Assembly: GCF_009914755.1 (NCBI RefSeq)
Contig: NC_060938.1
Strand: one strand, 5' to 3'
DNA: 64,000 nucleotides
Source of the DNA: the human T2T-CHM13v2.0 reference genome, Homo sapiens
Part shown: positions 1-12,946 of the stretch, piece by piece
Layout: the number at the start of each line of letters is the position of its first letter
Position numbering within the stretch: the first letter of the stretch is position 1
The notes under the pieces: model-generated
Databases searched by the model: none
What the model saw: only the letters and a program-made list of their open reading frames with translations
Told to the model about the DNA's origin: nothing
Position numbers and translations under genes: made by a program

Positions 1-934
1 GAAAAAGATAAAGGAAAGAAAAAGTATTTTAGACTAATAACTGACGATTTCTCCAAACTAATGTCAGAAACCAAGCCAAAAATTCAGGTAGCTCAGAGAA
101 TACCAAGCAGGATAAATGTCAAAATAAAAAAATTAAAAAAAAAAGAAAGAAAGAAACCCAGCTAGTCAACCAACAAACAAAAATCAACTACACCTGGACA
201 TATTATTTCCAAATTATAAAAATATCAAAAAGAAAGAAAAAGTCCTGAAAGAAATCAGAGGGAGAAAAAAAAAAAACCCTATAGAGTACCAATAGAATAA
301 CATCCTTCTTCTCAGAAACCTTAAAAGCAAAAAGAGAATAAAGTGAAATACTTAAAGTGTTGAGAGAAAGAAGCCACTAATCTGAATTGTGTAGCCTGTG
401 AAATTATCCTTCAAAAGTGAAGAATAAATACTTTCTCAGAAACACAAAAATTGAGGAAATTTGTTGTCAGTAGAACTGCCTTGCAAGAAAAGTTAAAAGA
501 AGTTATTTAGAAAGAAGTAACATAATATAGGTCAGAAACTGAGATCTGCATAAAGAACAACGAGGAAAGAATAAGTGGAGATAAAGTAAAAACTTTCATT
601 TTTCCTGTACTTAACAGATCTAACAGATAACAGTTTGTCCAAAATAATAATAGCAACAATGTATTTAACTATGTATGCTTATGTATACATCTTATTATAT
701 ATAGGCTTAGGAGGGATAAGAGGGAGAAATAAGAATTATTTTGTTATTATAAGGTACCCACACTACCTGTGAAGTAGTATAGTGTTATTTGACAGTAAAC
801 TTAGATTAGTTGTGATTATATATTGCAAAAGATACAGCAACAACTTCAAAAAGTACAAAAAAAGTATTACTGATATGCTAAGAAAGGGAAGAAAGTGGAA
901 TAATATAAAATGTACAGTTTAAAACCACAAAACG

Positions 935-1235
935 GGCCGGGAGCGGTGGCTCACGCCTGTAATCCTGGCACTTTGGGAGGCCGAGGTGGGCGGGTCACGA
1001 GGTCAGAAGATCAAGACCATCCTGGCTCACACGGTGAAACCCCGTCTCTATTAAAAAAAATACAAAAAAAATTAGCCGGGTGTGGTGGCGGGCGCCTGTA
1101 GTCCCAGCTACCCGGGAGGCTGAGGCAGGAGAATGGCGTGAACCCGGGAGGCAGAGCTTGCAGTGAGCAAGATCGCACCACTGCACTCCAGCCTGGGCGA
1201 CAGAGCGAGGCTCTGTCTCAAAAAACAGAAAAAAG
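935..1235 (+). mobile_element. AluY
   Basis: Dimeric Alu with AluY diagnostics (AATGGCGTGAACCCGGGAGG..GAGCTTGCAG); TSD aaaaccacaaaacg / aaaatcacaaaagg. Confidence 0.93.
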
Positions 1236-1558
1236 AAAATCACAAAAGGAAAAAAGAGAGTAAAAGACAAAAATAGGAACAAACAGCAAGATCAACAAAT
1301 ATAAAACAGTAATAATTACGGTAGATATTAATCCAACTATATCTTTCATCATTTTGAAAATCAGTGGTCTTAGTATACCAATTGAAAGACATTGTCAGAG
1401 TAGGTCAAAAACAAGACCCAACTGGATGTATTATACAAGAAATTTACTTTAGATATTAAAACACTGTTAGAAAAAAGTAAACAAATGAAGAACAATATAT
1501 ATACAATGCTAACGTTAACGTTAATCAAAAGAAAGCAGAACTAGCTAAGTTAATTTCA

Positions 1559-2037
<479 letters not shown>

Positions 2038-5000
2038 AACTGCAAGGAGAAATAGGTGAATCCACTATCATAGCTGAACACTTCAAACCCCCTTTATCAT
2101 AAGTGGACAGATTCAGTAGACAGAAAATCAGTGGGGCATAGGTGAATTCAGGAACACCATCATTCAACTGGTATAATTGACATCTACAGACTCCTTCATC
2201 AAACAACAGCAAAATATACATTCGTCTCAAGCTCCAAGAAATATTTACCAAATAGACCACATCTGGGGTCAGAAAATACACCTTAACATTAAAAAAAAAA
2301 ATAGAAATCATACAATGTCTGCTCTCAGACCACAATGGAATCGAACTCGAAATAAATAACAGAAAGACGACTAGAAAATGCCAAAATATGTGGCTATTAA
2401 ACTCACTTCTAAACAACATGAGTCAAATAAAAAACCTCAGTAGAAATTTTAAAATATTTGGAACTAAATGAAAGTGAAAACACATCTTATCAAAATTTGT
2501 GGGATGTGAAACTGGTGCTTAGAGAGAGGTGCTTATAGCATTGAATACATATATTAGAAAAGAACAAAGATCTTAAATCAATAAATTTTCACCTCACAAA
2601 ACTAGAAAAAGAATAAATTAAATCCAGAGTAAGGAGAGGAAAAGAAGAAGAAATCAATAAAATTGAAAACAGGAAATCAAGAGAAAATCAATAAAATGAA
2701 AAGCTGGTTTTTTAAAAAGATCTATAAAATTGATAAGCCTCTAGCCAGGCTAACCAAGAAAAAAACAGAGAGGACACAAATTACAAATAATCAGAAATGA
2801 GATAGGGGCATCACTACAGAGCACATGAACATTAACAGGATAATAAAGGAATAGTATAAATAACTATATGACCACAAATTTGACAACCTAGATGGCATGG
2901 GCCAATTTCTTGAAAGACACCATCTGCCAAAACTCAAGGAAAATAGACTGTGTGAATGGTCCTACATCTATCAAAGAAATTGAGTCAACAATTAAATAAT
3001 CTTCCAAAAAAGACAGCACCAGTTTCAGATGGGTTTGCTGGTGAATTCTACCAAATATTTGAAGAAGAAATTATACCAATTCTCTACAATCTCTTGCAGA
3101 AGATAGAAGTACAGGGAATACTTTGCAACTCATTTTATGAGGCCAACATTACCCTACCAAACTAAAGGCATCAGAAGAAAAAGAAACTACAGATCCATAT
3201 CTCTCATAAACACAGATGCAAAAATCCTCAACAAAATATTACCAAATTGAATTCCATGTGTAAAAGCAGAATTATACACCATTCTGAGTGGAGTTTATTC
3301 CATGTATGCAATGCTAAAATCTGGTCCAAAATTCAAAAATTAATTCATGTAATTCATCACATCAACAAGCTAAAAAAATCACATGATCATATCAATAAAT
3401 ACAGAAAAGGCATTTGACAAAATCCAATACCACGTCATGATAAAAACACTCAGTACACTAGGAGGGAAGGTAACTTTGTCAATCTGTTAAAGAGAATCTA
3501 CAAAAATACTACAGCTAACGTCATACTTGATGAGAAACTCAAAGCTTTCCTACAATGATCAGAAACAAGGTAAAAATGTCCCCTCTCACCACTTCTTTTT
3601 AACAGTGTACTAGAAGTCCTAGCTAATACAGTAAGACAAAAAAGAATATAAAAGGTATACAGATTTGGAAGGAAAAAATAAAGCTGTCTTTGGATGCATA
3701 TTACATGATTGGTCTTTGTAGAAAATACAAAATAATACTTTTTTTGAAAAAAACCTTCCGGGACTAACAAGCAATTACATTAATAGAAAGGGTGCAGGAA
3801 AGAAGGTTCATATACAAAAGTCAATCATTTCCCTATATACCAGAAATAAACAAGGGGAATTTGAAATTGAAAACAAAATGCATCAAATTATTTAGAACTT
3901 ATATATATATAAGTTCCATATGTAGAAAATGATAAAATTTGACAAAAATATCAAAGAATAACTAAATGAGATATTCCGTGTTTATGGGTAGGAATACTCA
4001 ATATTGTCAAGATATCAGTTCTTCCCAATGTGATCTGTAGATTCAATTCAATGCAAATAAAAATCCCAGCAAGTTATTTTGTGGATATCAACAAACTCAT
4101 TCAACAGTTATAAGAGGGCAAAAGACACACAACAGCCAACACAATACTGAGGGAGAAGTACAGACTGAGAGAATTGACACTACCTAACCTCAAGACTTAA
4201 CCATAAAGCTACAGTAGTCAAGACAGTGTGATATTGATGAAGGAATATACAAAAAGATAATAGAACAGAATAGAGAGCCTAAAAATAGATCCACAAAAAT
4301 ATAGTCTAGTAGCCTTTGACAATGGAGCAAAGGCAATACAATCTTGTCAACAAATCACTCTGTAATACAGACCTTACAGCCTTCATAAAAATTGACTCAA
4401 AGTAGATTATAGATCTAAATGTAAAATACAAAACCATAAAGCTTTTAGAAGATAACATAAGAGAAAACCTAGATGATCGTGGGTATGGTGATAACTTTTC
4501 AGATGTGTTACCAAAATCCTCATCCATGAAGGAAATAATTGAAAAGCTAGATTTCATTAAAATGAAAAACTTCTATTCTGTGAAAGACAATGTCAAAAAA
4601 ATGAGAAGACAAGCCACAGATTGGGAGAAAATATTTTCAAAAGACACATATAATTAGGGACTGTTATCCAAAACATACAACAAACTCTTTAAAACTCAAC
4701 AGAAGATAAGATAACAAACAATCAGTTTCAAAAATGAGCCAAAGATCTTAACAGACACCTCACCAGAGAAGATGTATAAGTGGAAAATAACATATGAAAA
4801 GATGCTCCATATCATATGTTATCAAGGAAATGCAAATTAATTGTAATATGGTATCCTGGAATGGATTCTGGAACAGAAAAAGCACATTAGAATATAGATT
4901 ATGGACTTTAGTTGATAATAATACCATATCATTATTGGCCCATTAGCTATAGTAAGTGTATAAATTAACATAATACATTAATAATAGGGGAAAATTGGTA

Positions 5001-6554
5001 TGGGGCTTATAAGAACTCTCTGTACTATCTTCTTAATTTCTCTGTACATCTCAAATTGTTCTAAAATAAAAATTTTATCTTTTTAAAAAAAGTAAAAATC
5101 ATTTCAGACATGAAGACTAAACCAAACCGAATATAAGAACAAATACAGACAAGGAATGGACTGTGAAATAATTAAAAAAAAAAAAGATACCACCTCATAC
5201 CTATCAGAGTGTCCAAAATCCAGAACATTGACAACACCAAGTGTTAGTGAGGATGTGGAACATCAGGAATTCTGATCCATTGCCAGTGGGAATGCAAAAT
5301 GGTACAGCTACTTTGGAAGACAGTTTGGCAATGTCTTACAAAACCTTAAAATGCTCTTACCATACAATTAAGTAACCATGCTCTTCAATATTTACCCAAA
5401 GGAGTTGAAAACCTATGTCTATATAGAAACCTGCACACAGATGTTAATAGCAGTTTTATTCATAATGACCAAAACTTGGAAGCAACCAAGATGTCTTTCA
5501 GTAGGTAAATGGATAAATAAAATCTGGTATATCCAGATAATGGAATATTATTCAGCACTAAAAGGAAATGAGCTATCAAGCCATGAAAAGGCACAGAGAA
5601 TCCCTAAATGCATATTACTAAGTGAAAGAAGTCAATCTGAAAGGCTAGGTACTGTACAATTCCTATATGACATTCTGGAAAGATAAAACCCTGGAGACAA
5701 TAGAAAGATCAGTGGTTGCCAGGGGCTGGGAGTGGCAAGGGAGGAAGAGGCAGAGCACAGAGGATTTTTAGGGCAATGAAAATAAAAATACCTTGTTTCA
5801 TTTTATAATGATGGGTAACATGTCATTATACATTTGTCCAAACTCATAGAAAGTATAAAACAGTCCTAATGTAAGCTATGGACTTTGGGTGATAATGATG
5901 TGTCAATATAGGTTCATCAACTGTGATAAATATAACACTCTGCTGAGAGATGTTGATAATAGGGGAGGGTTATTCCTGTGTGGAGCAGGAGGTATATGGA
6001 AAATCTCCATACCTTCTTCTGAAAGTTGCTGGGAACCTAAAACTGCTCTTAAAAAATAAAAAGTCTCTTTCTTAAAAAAAAAAAAAAAAAAAAGCCACTG
6101 AGTTAACATCTGGTGTCTCTATATATTCGAGCCCTTCTTGCTCTCCTTTTTCTAGTAACAGATCCTACCCCCATTCAACAAAGTGGGCATGTTAGGCAAA
6201 TTGGTCCAATCCAAGTTCTTCCCTGGGAATAAGGTCAAACTGCATCTGAACCACTTTATAATGAAATTGTAAGTCAGAGGCTTCCCCTAGCCAGATCACC
6301 CAACATACAGAGAAGCTGGTCTGGGTGAAAAAGCTGGCACCCAAAAAAGAATGAAGACAAAAGACCTGGCAAGAACTGAAGGCTTCTATGTTCCTGAATC
6401 CAGTTCTTACTAAGGCAAGTTTTATCCCAATCATTTGCAGAGTTTGGTTATTTCAGCCAATAAGTTCCACTTTTGTTTTTGTTTTTGTTTTTTTTTAGAT
6501 TGACTTGGTCACTTGCAGGGTCTTAATGAATCCACAACAGGCTCCTTAAGGGAG

Positions 6555-6958
6555 TGTCTTAGTTTATTTTCTGTTGCTATAACAGAATACCACAGACTGG
6601 GCAATTTTTAAACAATAGAAATTTGTTTGGTTCACATTTCTGGAAGCTGGGAAGTCTAAGATCTCAGGGCCACATCTGGTGAAAGCCTCTTGCTGTGTGT
6701 CAGAACGTGGCAGAAGGCATTACATGGTGAGAGAGGGCGAGAGTGCACAAAACAGAGAAACGGGGGCCGAACCTCATCCTTTTATTAGAAGCCCACTCTC
6801 CCATTAACTAACCCACTCCCTCCACAATGGCAATAATCTATTCAAGAAGGGAGAGCCCTCATAACCTAATCGCCCCTTAAAGGCCCCACTTCCCAGTACT
6901 ATTATATCAGCAATTAAATTTCAACATGAGTTTTAGAGGGGGCATTCAAACCATGGCA
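6555..6958 (-). mobile_element. MaLR solo LTR (MST family)
   Basis: TGTCTTAGTTT..GCTATAACAGAATACCACAGACTGG...CATTCAAACCATGGCA, the reverse complement of an MST LTR. Confidence 0.8.
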
Positions 6959-7385
6959 TGAAGTGATGTTTTTATGAGTTTGGTTATATTGTTTTTACAC
7001 ATTACATTGTACCTAGCACAGAGCCCTGCAAAGAATAGAAACTCAACAAATAGTTGTCAAAGTAATGATTTTTTAAATTTCCTTTTGAAATTCTGGAATA
7101 GTATGTAAGATGCTAATATTAATAAAATTATTTTGTGTAGGAAATCATGAGCAAGTTCAGAGTCTCAAGAGATGCTCCTACTTTAAGTTGCCTGTTTTCC
7201 AAAAAATGCACATATTTAACCATGTTATGAACATATTCCTTTTCATTAACAGTCCATTGCCTCCACAGAACATATCCTTTATACCTCCTCATAGTGAAAA
7301 GTGCTTGATATAAATGTGTTCAAATGTATCACATATTAATACACTGCCAATCATAAATAATATAGAAGTGTGTGTATATAGTACA

Positions 7386-7418
7386 TGTGTGTATGTGTGT
7401 GTGTGTGTGTGTGTGTGT
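7386..7418. repeat. (TG)n microsatellite just 3' of DIO2
   Basis: Imperfect TG dinucleotide run. Confidence 0.9.
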
Positions 7419-7788
7419 CATTTTAACCAATTTCTTGGAAAGTATATTAATTGCACTTAGAAAGCCTGAGATGTAAATCTAACGAAGTAAAAGTTGGCTC
7501 CACAGTCTCTTAAACAGGCCCCTTTCTATGAATTCTGTGTGTAACTTGTTCATAAATATGGAAAGTATCTGAAGATTTTCTTTTTACTTGTCTTGATTTC
7601 CTTGAAGACCCTGGCACACAGCATGAGATTAAAATAATCTGGCATTGCTGGCTACTTTGCCCACAAATACCAAGGAATAAATATTAGAATGATGGATTCT
7701 CTTTCCCTTGTCAGCCATGAATATGTCCCAGCCTGGGGCAAGTTCTAGGGAGAAATGTTAAAATAAACAAATAGAACCAAAGAGTAGC

Positions 7789-7813
7789 TTTATTCTTTTA
7801 TTCAAAGTTTATT
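7789..7813 (-). terminator. DIO2: DIO2 polyadenylation signal cluster (3x AATAAA)
   Basis: TTTATT on + at 7808-7813, 7797-7802 and 7789-7794, followed on minus by a U/GU-rich tract (TCTTTGGTTCTATTTGTTTATTTT); ~220 nt 3' of the SECIS. Confidence 0.85.
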
Positions 7814-8031
7814 AAAATACAAGAACAAATTGTATAAGCACACATAGCACTCAGCACCAATATGATAACACTCTTTCTACTGATAATCTCCCAAAGCAGT
7901 TCATTTTCTGCAACTGAGAAGCACATATGTGTAGCATATGCACGCGTGCATTCTCACCACATTTACCCAGGACTCTTAGCATCATGTCCCGCATATTCTC
8001 CTTGCCAGGGAGACAAAGATGGGGAGAGGCA

Positions 8032-8104
8032 AACTAATGTGACTACATCCAACCACTAACTGAGTCGATGACTCTTTCGTCAGTAGTTATCATCCGCACA
8101 CTGG
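8032..8104 (-). promoter_or_regulatory. DIO2: SECIS element (form 2 / type II) of DIO2 mRNA
   Basis: Minus strand reads AUGA(8093-8090)U-AACUACUGAC-G-AAA-GAGUC-AUC-GACUC-A-GUUAGUGGUU-GGAUG. This gives the UGAU/GGAU non-Watson-Crick quartet, a 10-bp helix II, unpaired AAA, a 5-bp apical minihelix and helix I AGUGUG/CACAUU. Confidence 0.96.
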
Positions 8105-11100
8105 TCAACTCTGCACATCTCTGTCTCCCTCTTCGGGCGCCCGATTACTTGGGCTAGTGAGTCTGGTGACAATGTGATGCAAAACTAAACAAAACTGGCC
8201 AACATTCCCTACCCAATATCATTTAATTGCTTTGGTTATAAAGTACTGGATACTTATTTCTTCACATCCCCCAATCCTAATACACATAAAAACCACGCTG
8301 ACCAGTGACATGGGCCTGGAGAAGTCTTGAGAGAATTTTCTTTATTTCCCATCCCCTTCTGTGGGTTTCTTTCATTTATGTGTTTACCTGTTGGCTTTTT
8401 GAGGGGAGGGGGAGAAGTGGAGGGTTTGAGCCAAAATAGTGACTTCATTAAACATCTGCTGGGTCTTCGAAGTCTCAGTAAATATTGAATAAGCTCCCTG
8501 GAGCTCTGCTGTTGCTGCCTAAGACGGGTAGCCAGCCCCGACTTGCATGAGCAGTCTTGTTTGGATATCTGCACATGTTTGCTTTCTATTGGTTCAGACT
8601 CACCTTGGAACAGAGCTGGGTCTGTTAAGTCTGAGACCTTGCTTCTGGTACTATACACATAGGGCATTAGGAAGTGGCCCAATGTTTTGCTCATCCTAAA
8701 GTCACTCAATGACTTGCAGCAGCCTTCAGCCTTCCTTCAGTTGCGAGAAGTTTGTTTTCAAATCTTCCCAGATTGGTAGACCAAGCCCTCAGGGCCTTGT
8801 TCTTCCCAGTTAGCAACTTTCTAGCTCTCCCATCCTAGATCCTCTCTTTTCTTAGAGAGCCTCAGGACATGACCAAGATTGTGCCCATTGCAAAGCAGAG
8901 ATTGGTACTTAAGCCCCATTCTGGAAGCATATATGAAGAGTGGGTTTGGATTCTATTTTTAGAGTGAAGGAGGAAGTTGGAATCTAACTATATATATTTT
9001 AACTCTGACTTTTGGCCATACCATTTAGGGAAAAAAAAAAAAAAAAAAAACCTCCTAAAATTAAAAGCCTTACTTGCAGTCTCCACTGCTGAGACACATG
9101 ACAGTGGGGATGTTCTGAAAAGCTCTAAATGCTAGTAAAGGTTTTCATTAATCCTTCAGTGGGACGGAAGTCAGAGTCTACATTTTTCCTTTTTCAATGG
9201 TCATATGATCCTAATTAAAGTTATTTTCCAAACCATCAGTCAGAGGTCGGGTGGAACAAATGTCCAGATTCATCCATCCTCTTAAGATTGACATAAAGAG
9301 AAGTCCTGTAAATCAGTCAATTCTTCTTGCTTCGCACATAGGCCATAGGGCATGCTGAGGACACCTTGTAATCCACCTTTGAATTTTCCCGAAGGCATAC
9401 ATACTGTCTCTAACCTGCCCTCTAGAATTTTATGCAGCAAGGCAGCACCAACATGTGACCTCACCATATTTCATAATTTTTATTTCAGAGCCCAAATAGT
9501 AAAATACACTCAGGCAAAATGAAAGACAATAGGCTATTCTTCCCACTGTGATGAGAGAATAAGCACTTCCTGGTTAACGGGAGAAGAACTTAACTGAACA
9601 GATCACTGGGAAGTTGATACTACCAAAAATCAAGGAGACGTGCTATAAATGAGGTGAAGACACAGGACCAGAGACCCAATGTGAAAAAAGAAAGTCATGT
9701 AAGTTAAGTGACTGTCACTTAGCTATACAAAGTAGGAACAGTTACTAATCTGCCTCTAAGGAGGTCAGTTACATTTTAATAGCTGTATGAAACATTTCTA
9801 CATTACTGTGCGGGCATCTCCATTCATGCCCATTCAAGAAAATCATTGTTGATCCCACTAGTATTTTCACTAAGCAATAAATAAAGTCAGTTTTTGATAG
9901 GTCCAAGACATAAGTCTTTCAAACAATAAGTGTTTGAGTAGACCCAGATGTTATGATAATATCTAAAATTTCTTGGAAACTATTTCAATAATAGACAAGC
10001 TAATGAAGCTTAAAAGGCTAAACCGATAGCTCCATGTAAACACAGCCTATGGGAGAAACATGATTAGGGACTAAGAAAGAGAACTCAGACTTTTATATAT
10101 GATATAAATATATCATAGATTTATACTATGATATATAAATAGATACACATTTCCCTGTGGGACTAAGAACTACAATTCTTCAAAGGAACAAACCTTATAA
10201 AACACATGAAACGCACATGAGTATTGGCAATCTAATAATTTCTCAGCATATCAGATAAAGCATTGATTTTCCTCTACCTCAAAATAATGAGTTCTTGTTA
10301 ATTTCATAAAAGAATACATCACAAGAAATCATAAAAATTCATGTTGCGATAAATAGGTTACATAATTACAGGCTTAACCCTGATAACACCAAGACATTCT
10401 ACATAGCGTAGGATTCCTGAGCTTTGTCCATTCATTTTCTCCATTGGCCCTTCCACAGCCTTTCTTCCAGAAATTCTTGCATGTTCTATTGAACATCTTC
10501 CTCCCTGATAGCCCATGTCTTTCTATGTTTCCTTCCTCTGCTTCATTTCTCCATTGGGCTAACCTCAGGGAGAATTGTCTGCACACATAAACGACCTCCT
10601 TCTTTAAAAATATAGCACAACTGGGTGATTTTTCCATCATCCTTTTCCCCAGTTGACTAGCACTGCCTCAGCCTAATCTCATCCCCCCACCGGCTTATCT
10701 GACATACTGTTACTTTATCGTACATAGAGAAAAAAGGGGAATTTTAAGGACAACAGTGTGAATGTGCTGCAACCAGGTTTTTTATTTTACTGCTTTAGGG
10801 TTCCACGTAAATCTCAACACCATTTTGAGGTTAAAAATCAATGGGGGCAGAGATAAGCCTTGAATGTAGAAGTTAACAACTGAGGAATCTGAAATAATTA
10901 TTCTCAATATGATTTTCCAGCAACTCATTAGATAATGAAATTTGCTTTGTTTCTTTGTGGGTGGTTTTTATAGAATTTAGAACATTAGAAAGCTGATGTT
11001 GCCATGAAAAATCAGTCCCAATGGAGCTTTAATATTTACACAATATACCAGCTGGTGACACGACTGATATGTTGCTCCCATTTAAAAAATAAAATAAAAT

Positions 11101-12946
11101 ACGTTTGGTTCTTGCACACCTAGTTCTCACTCTTTTCTCAATTCAGACAACTAGTTTAAGAATGTATTTTCAACTTTAGTTTTTTTCTATCCATTTTATT
11201 TATTTTTTATTCAGTTATTAATGGAATGGACAAAAGATCCTTTGATTGTACCTTTAAATACAATCATATACTATGATTTCATAATAGTCTCATATTTACC
11301 AAAAAGAAATTATGATACGAAAGTGGTTGGTCCATTCTTTTGGGAGCTATAATCTTTAAATATTACTTATGGGTAAAACTATAGTGTCTATTTTAAAAAG
11401 AAAAAAATATTTTATATATATATTTTTTAAAATAGCATTATAATCATATACTATAGGGACTTTAGATTACTAAACCTCAGCTAATGGGACCAAGGGAAGA
11501 TCCAAGTCCAAATTCAAATGTCAATGGAAATTCCATGATATACCGGGGGTTGCCTTATAACAAAGCCTCCAAAATGATTGATCAGAATTATCTCTAACTT
11601 CCTCTTCTTCTATTTTGCAATGGAAGTAAGCTTGTTTGTTTGCACCTATTCTTCACTATAGCTCACCTACTTTGGGAGGAAATCAAGGCTGTGCTGAATG
11701 GCCATGGTACCTACCTCCCGCAGCAGCTGAGAATATATATACATATATTTGTATGTATGTATGTATGTGTGTATGTACGTATAATTTCTTCAGCTCAGCA
11801 TTCAGAGAGAACACTGCTATAGAGACCAAGATTAGGAATGACTTGGGCCACATAGAAATTGTAGGAATGGGGAGGAAAAGACCAGCACCACCAGACCCAC
11901 TGGTTTTCCTTTAATAGGTATCATGGGGTATAATTAACCCACTGAAAATATACATACCACATACATGGTTCAAAAGTAATTATTTCCAAAAGAAACCCCT
12001 CACAATTACAAATATTTAAGTATTTTTTTTTCTTTCAATCACCCCTTTCTCCTCTCTAGGAGCATATGACAAATATATTGTTTTTATATGTGTATTCTCT
12101 ATGCCACTTTTAGTTGAGCTCCTTCTTCTTTTTCTGGCCTTGTGTATGTTTCTATGTTTCCGTGGCTAACAAATGTGACCCACTCTCTACAGCTTAAGGG
12201 TGAAACTCTGTGAATTTTCCAAATCTTTCTGCCTCCTCTTTCCTAGCTTGTCAATTTCATTTCTTTTTTACCACTCTCTCCACCTGCCTAGAAATTAACC
12301 CTCAGATTACAGATGATCATTCTAACCTCTCAGACTGAGGGATCATTCTCGGTATCTACAAATATACCAATAATTTCTGGGGTATGAAGACTGAGAGCAC
12401 TACATGGCTAGAAGCTGGAACATCAGAAATGACTCTAACATAAGGTCTAACCTTAACACCAACGTCTAACCACATGGCCTGGGTTCAAGGACTTGTTGTA
12501 ATATTTGGGAATTTTCCAACTGGGCTCCATCCATGCCAAATAGAGCCAAGGCAATACCCTTTATCTTAACGTAGACAGTAGCTTCCCTAATGTAGTAATT
12601 ATTCAGGTAAGTCTTTTCTTCTGGTCTCAAAGCATGCATCAGATGTATCAGTTCCTTCTCAATGCAGAATGAACACATGCTGAATTAGCGTTTCTTCCTC
12701 TCCATCTTGGGATCTTTTCACATAGGGCTTTTTACTAAGAAGAGAGGTGATATGGTTACTTACTCAGCCCAATGCCATTTGAGTAGTGAAAGAAGTATGG
12801 AGCTGTTAGAGATTCATGTTCTTCCGATAGATAAACTCCTGTCTTTCAGTAAGCCAATAGGGCTCTGTTGAAATATGGATTCAGTTCTTAATTTCCTTGC
12901 CTTTATATAACTTTTTAAAACAATAAGCTCTCTTATAATCATACCT

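Larger units (their letters stand above)
7780..12946 (-). other. DIO2: DIO2 3'UTR (~5.2 kb, AU-rich)
   Basis: Lies between the TAA stop and the poly(A) cluster. At least ten AUUUA pentamers (TAAAT on + at 8479, 9126, 9309, 9646, 9878, 10136, 10350, 10808, 11255, 11357). The 3' end is approximate. Confidence 0.85.

Noticed and set aside
8254-8709. 151-aa minus-strand ORF in the 3'UTR
   Set aside because: No recognisable domain or initiation route; expected by chance.
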